Source: an uncultured virus (IMG/VR IMGVR_UViG_3300034198_015519)
Taxonomy: Duplodnaviria > Heunggongvirae > Uroviricota > Caudoviricetes
IMG/VR virus record: IMGVR_UViG_3300034198_015519
Location: 58,266 to 78,265 of that record
Reading direction: 5' to 3' (one strand)
DNA: 20,000 nucleotides
Below the pieces are notes generated by a model. It saw only the letters and a list, made by a program, of their open reading frames with translations, made no database searches and was not told where the DNA came from. A program made the translations under genes and the position numbers. Below are positions 17,961 to 20,000 of this stretch, piece after piece (position 1 is the first letter of the stretch; the number at the start of each line of letters is the position of its first letter).

Positions 17961-18170
17961 ATGGATGAAAAATATTTTATAGCTAAAATCACTACTGATA
18001 TGGCTGACGAGAACACAGGAAAAATTAAAAAAATTAAAGAAGAAAAATTAGTAAGAGGGTTTTCACCAACCGATGTCGAAGCTAAAGTTACTAAAGTGTA
18101 TGAAAGTTACACAATGGATTGGAGAATCACTGCAATCGTTGAAAGTAAGATTGATGAGGTTATTGAGTAA
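17961..18170 (+). CDS. Small hypothetical protein, possibly a single DUF4494-like repeat
   Basis: YFIAKI...DENTGKIKK....LV......VEAKV.......DWRITAIVESKIDEV resembles one repeat of Bacteroidota DUF4494 proteins as recalled. Confidence 0.6.
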   Translation: MDEKYFIAKITTDMADENTGKIKKIKEEKLVRGFSPTDVEAKVTKVYESYTMDWRITAIVESKIDEVIE

Positions 18171-18187
18171 TTACATAACATACTAAT

Positions 18188-18218
18188 AAAAAGGGATACC
18201 AAAGGTGTCCCTTTTTTT
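18188..18218 (+). terminator. Intrinsic terminator
   Basis: AAAAAGGGATACC-AAA-GGTGTCCC-TTTTTTT hairpin with U-tract, 17 nt after the stop at 18170. Confidence 0.85.
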
Positions 18219-18326
18219 ATTTATACAAGTTTTTTTCTGTTAATTGTCCCAAAAAAGGATTTTTTTTAAAAACGTATATATTTATCTGTAAAATAAACGC
18301 ATAACGCATTGCTTTTTACAAAACAA

Positions 18327-19880
18327 ATGAGTATAGAAAAAACAGGATCAATAGTTGAAAACGCTTTATTACAAATTAAAGCCGTTGAAAACGCTATTAG
18401 TGAAAATGCAAAAGGAATACTTGCTTCGACGATGAAGGAAGAAATCAGTGAATTAATAAAAGAATCTATTGTGGGTTCGAAACAATCTAAAAAAACACTT
18501 TTTGAACAAGACGCACCTGAGGATGAAAATCCTGAGGAAGTTGGCGTAGAAGATGAAATGGGTGATTTTGAAGGTGAAGAAGAGCCAGAGGCTGAAGTAT
18601 CTGTTGACGACGTTGATGACAACGAAGTTGAAATGGATGACTTTGAGTTCGATGGTGATAATGAAATGGAGATGCCTCCATTGGATATGACATCCGCAAG
18701 CCCAGAAGAAATTTTGAAAGTTTTCAAAGCTATGGGTGACGAAGACGGTATCATTGTAAAAAAAGAGGATGATTATATCCACTTATCTGATACTGAAAAC
18801 GATGAAGAATATCTTATCCAAATGAATGGCGTTGACGATAACATGGAAGAACCAATGGCAGACTTAGAAGAAGGTGTTATTTACGAATTGGAGATGAATG
18901 TAGATGAAGAAATCGAAGAGGGTTACGAAAACAACGAAGAATGGGGTGGAGATGAGCATGACTATAAAAGACATGACGGTCACAAAATTGGAGATGTAGA
19001 CGGACATTATAAAGATTATGAATTGGAAGAAGATTCAGACTTTTTTGATTTAGACTCTATCGAAGTTGATAATTTTGGTGGTGAAGAAACTGAACAAGTT
19101 TATGAAATTGACCAACAAGAATTAGAATCAGTCGTAGAAGCATTTAAAGCAATTGGAATTGGAATGGGTAAAGTTGGTAACGGTTTTGCTAAATCTACTG
19201 TAAACAACAAAGGGTTTAAAGAAGATATGGCTGACGGAACAAAATCTGAAAAGAAAGGTAAAGGTCCTAAATTCAATTATGGTAAAATTAAACATGGAGT
19301 AACTGAAACTGAAATGGAAGAAACATTCGAAGGATGGGACATGGAAGAAGATGTTGATATGGTTGATATTGAAACTACTGAAGGAATGATGGAACCTGAA
19401 ACTACTGAAGCGTCAAGAACTATGACGTACAAACGTAGAGCTGAAAGAGATAGAGTTGCTGCACCAAGTCAATTAAGAAAAGAATCTGTAAATAACGAAT
19501 TGAATTTATTACAAGAGAAAAATGAAGAATACAAAAAAGCTTTAAATTTCTTTAGAACTAAATTAAATGAAGTTGCAGTATTTAATTCAAATTTGGCTTA
19601 CGCTACTAGATTATTCACTGAACATTCAACAACAAAACAAGAAAAGATAAATATACTAAGAAGATTCGACGGAGTTGAATCTATCAAGGAATCTAAAAAT
19701 CTTTACAAATCAATCAAAAATGAAATAGATGGTAAATCAAGTGAGGTGGTTACTGAGTCTGTACAGACAAAAGTTAACAGAACACCAGCTAACGGTTCTG
19801 CCGCTAATTTGATTGAAAGTAAAACGTATGAAAATCCTCAATTCATGAGAATGAGAGATTTGATGACAAAAATTAAATAA
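18327..19880 (+). CDS. Prohead core scaffold protein (positional and compositional analogue of T4 gp22)
   Basis: Highly acidic disordered centre, C-terminal coiled coil, located between protease and capsid gene. ATG 18327 with an A-rich leader is preferred over TTG 18309. Confidence 0.72.
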   Translation: MSIEKTGSIVENALLQIKAVENAISENAKGILASTMKEEISELIKESIVGSKQSKKTLFEQDAPEDENPEEVGVEDEMGDFEGEEEPEAEVSVDDVDDNEVEMDDFEFDGDNEMEMPPLDMTSASPEEILKVFKAMGDEDGIIVKKEDDYIHLSDTENDEEYLIQMNGVDDNMEEPMADLEEGVIYELEMNVDEEIEEGYENNEEWGGDEHDYKRHDGHKIGDVDGHYKDYELEEDSDFFDLDSIEVDNFGGEETEQVYEIDQQELESVVEAFKAIGIGMGKVGNGFAKSTVNNKGFKEDMADGTKSEKKGKGPKFNYGKIKHGVTETEMEETFEGWDMEEDVDMVDIETTEGMMEPETTEASRTMTYKRRAERDRVAAPSQLRKESVNNELNLLQEKNEEYKKALNFFRTKLNEVAVFNSNLAYATRLFTEHSTTKQEKINILRRFDGVESIKESKNLYKSIKNEIDGKSSEVVTESVQTKVNRTPANGSAANLIESKTYENPQFMRMRDLMTKIK

Positions 19881-19916
19881 ATAAACAATAAATAAACTCA
19901 AATTAAAAAAAATAAA

Positions 19917-20000
19917 ATGGGAGCATTATTAGAATCAGGTCTTGTAGGTAACATCGGGTTGAAACACCTTAAAGTTATCAAAGAAGACACAATTAACAAA
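19917..20000 (+). CDS. Probable major capsid protein, N-terminal 28 codons (3'-truncated)
   Basis: ATG 19917 after an A-rich leader; MGALLESGLVGNIGLKHLKVIKEDTINK is open to the window end; position after protease and scaffold. Confidence 0.65.
   Translation, partial: MGALLESGLVGNIGLKHLKVIKEDTINK

Noticed and set aside
1..20000. Stop-codon reassignment as seen in some large phages
   Set aside because: Core genes are full length in the standard code; TAG (2865) and TGA (11133) both appear to act as stops.

Overview
AT-rich segment of a large T4-like (Caudoviricetes) phage genome, very probably infecting Bacteroidota. The right half is the head/packaging module: large terminase, portal, prohead protease, acidic scaffold and the first codons of the probable major capsid protein. 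An inverted ribosomal protein bS21 gene sits inside it. The left half has a tandem LamG/ConA-like virion protein and an intact 398-nt tmRNA gene (minus strand, missed by the ORF track) with an unusually long, non-canonical tag, (A)GNVLNNLETLGLISTQEVTVA. It also has a clan MH metallopeptidase, a ClpC-type ATPase lacking its N-domain, a KTSC protein and a Pol-beta-type nucleotidyltransferase. Two upstream motif classes are visible: TATTTAT(A), a putative late promoter before structural genes and bS21, and Bacteroidota-type TAnnTTTG before minus-strand host-interaction genes. The most interesting hypothesis is a phage-encoded translation-control and quality-control set (tmRNA, Clp ATPase, peptidase, bS21). 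Family assignments come from motif recognition by eye, not database searches.
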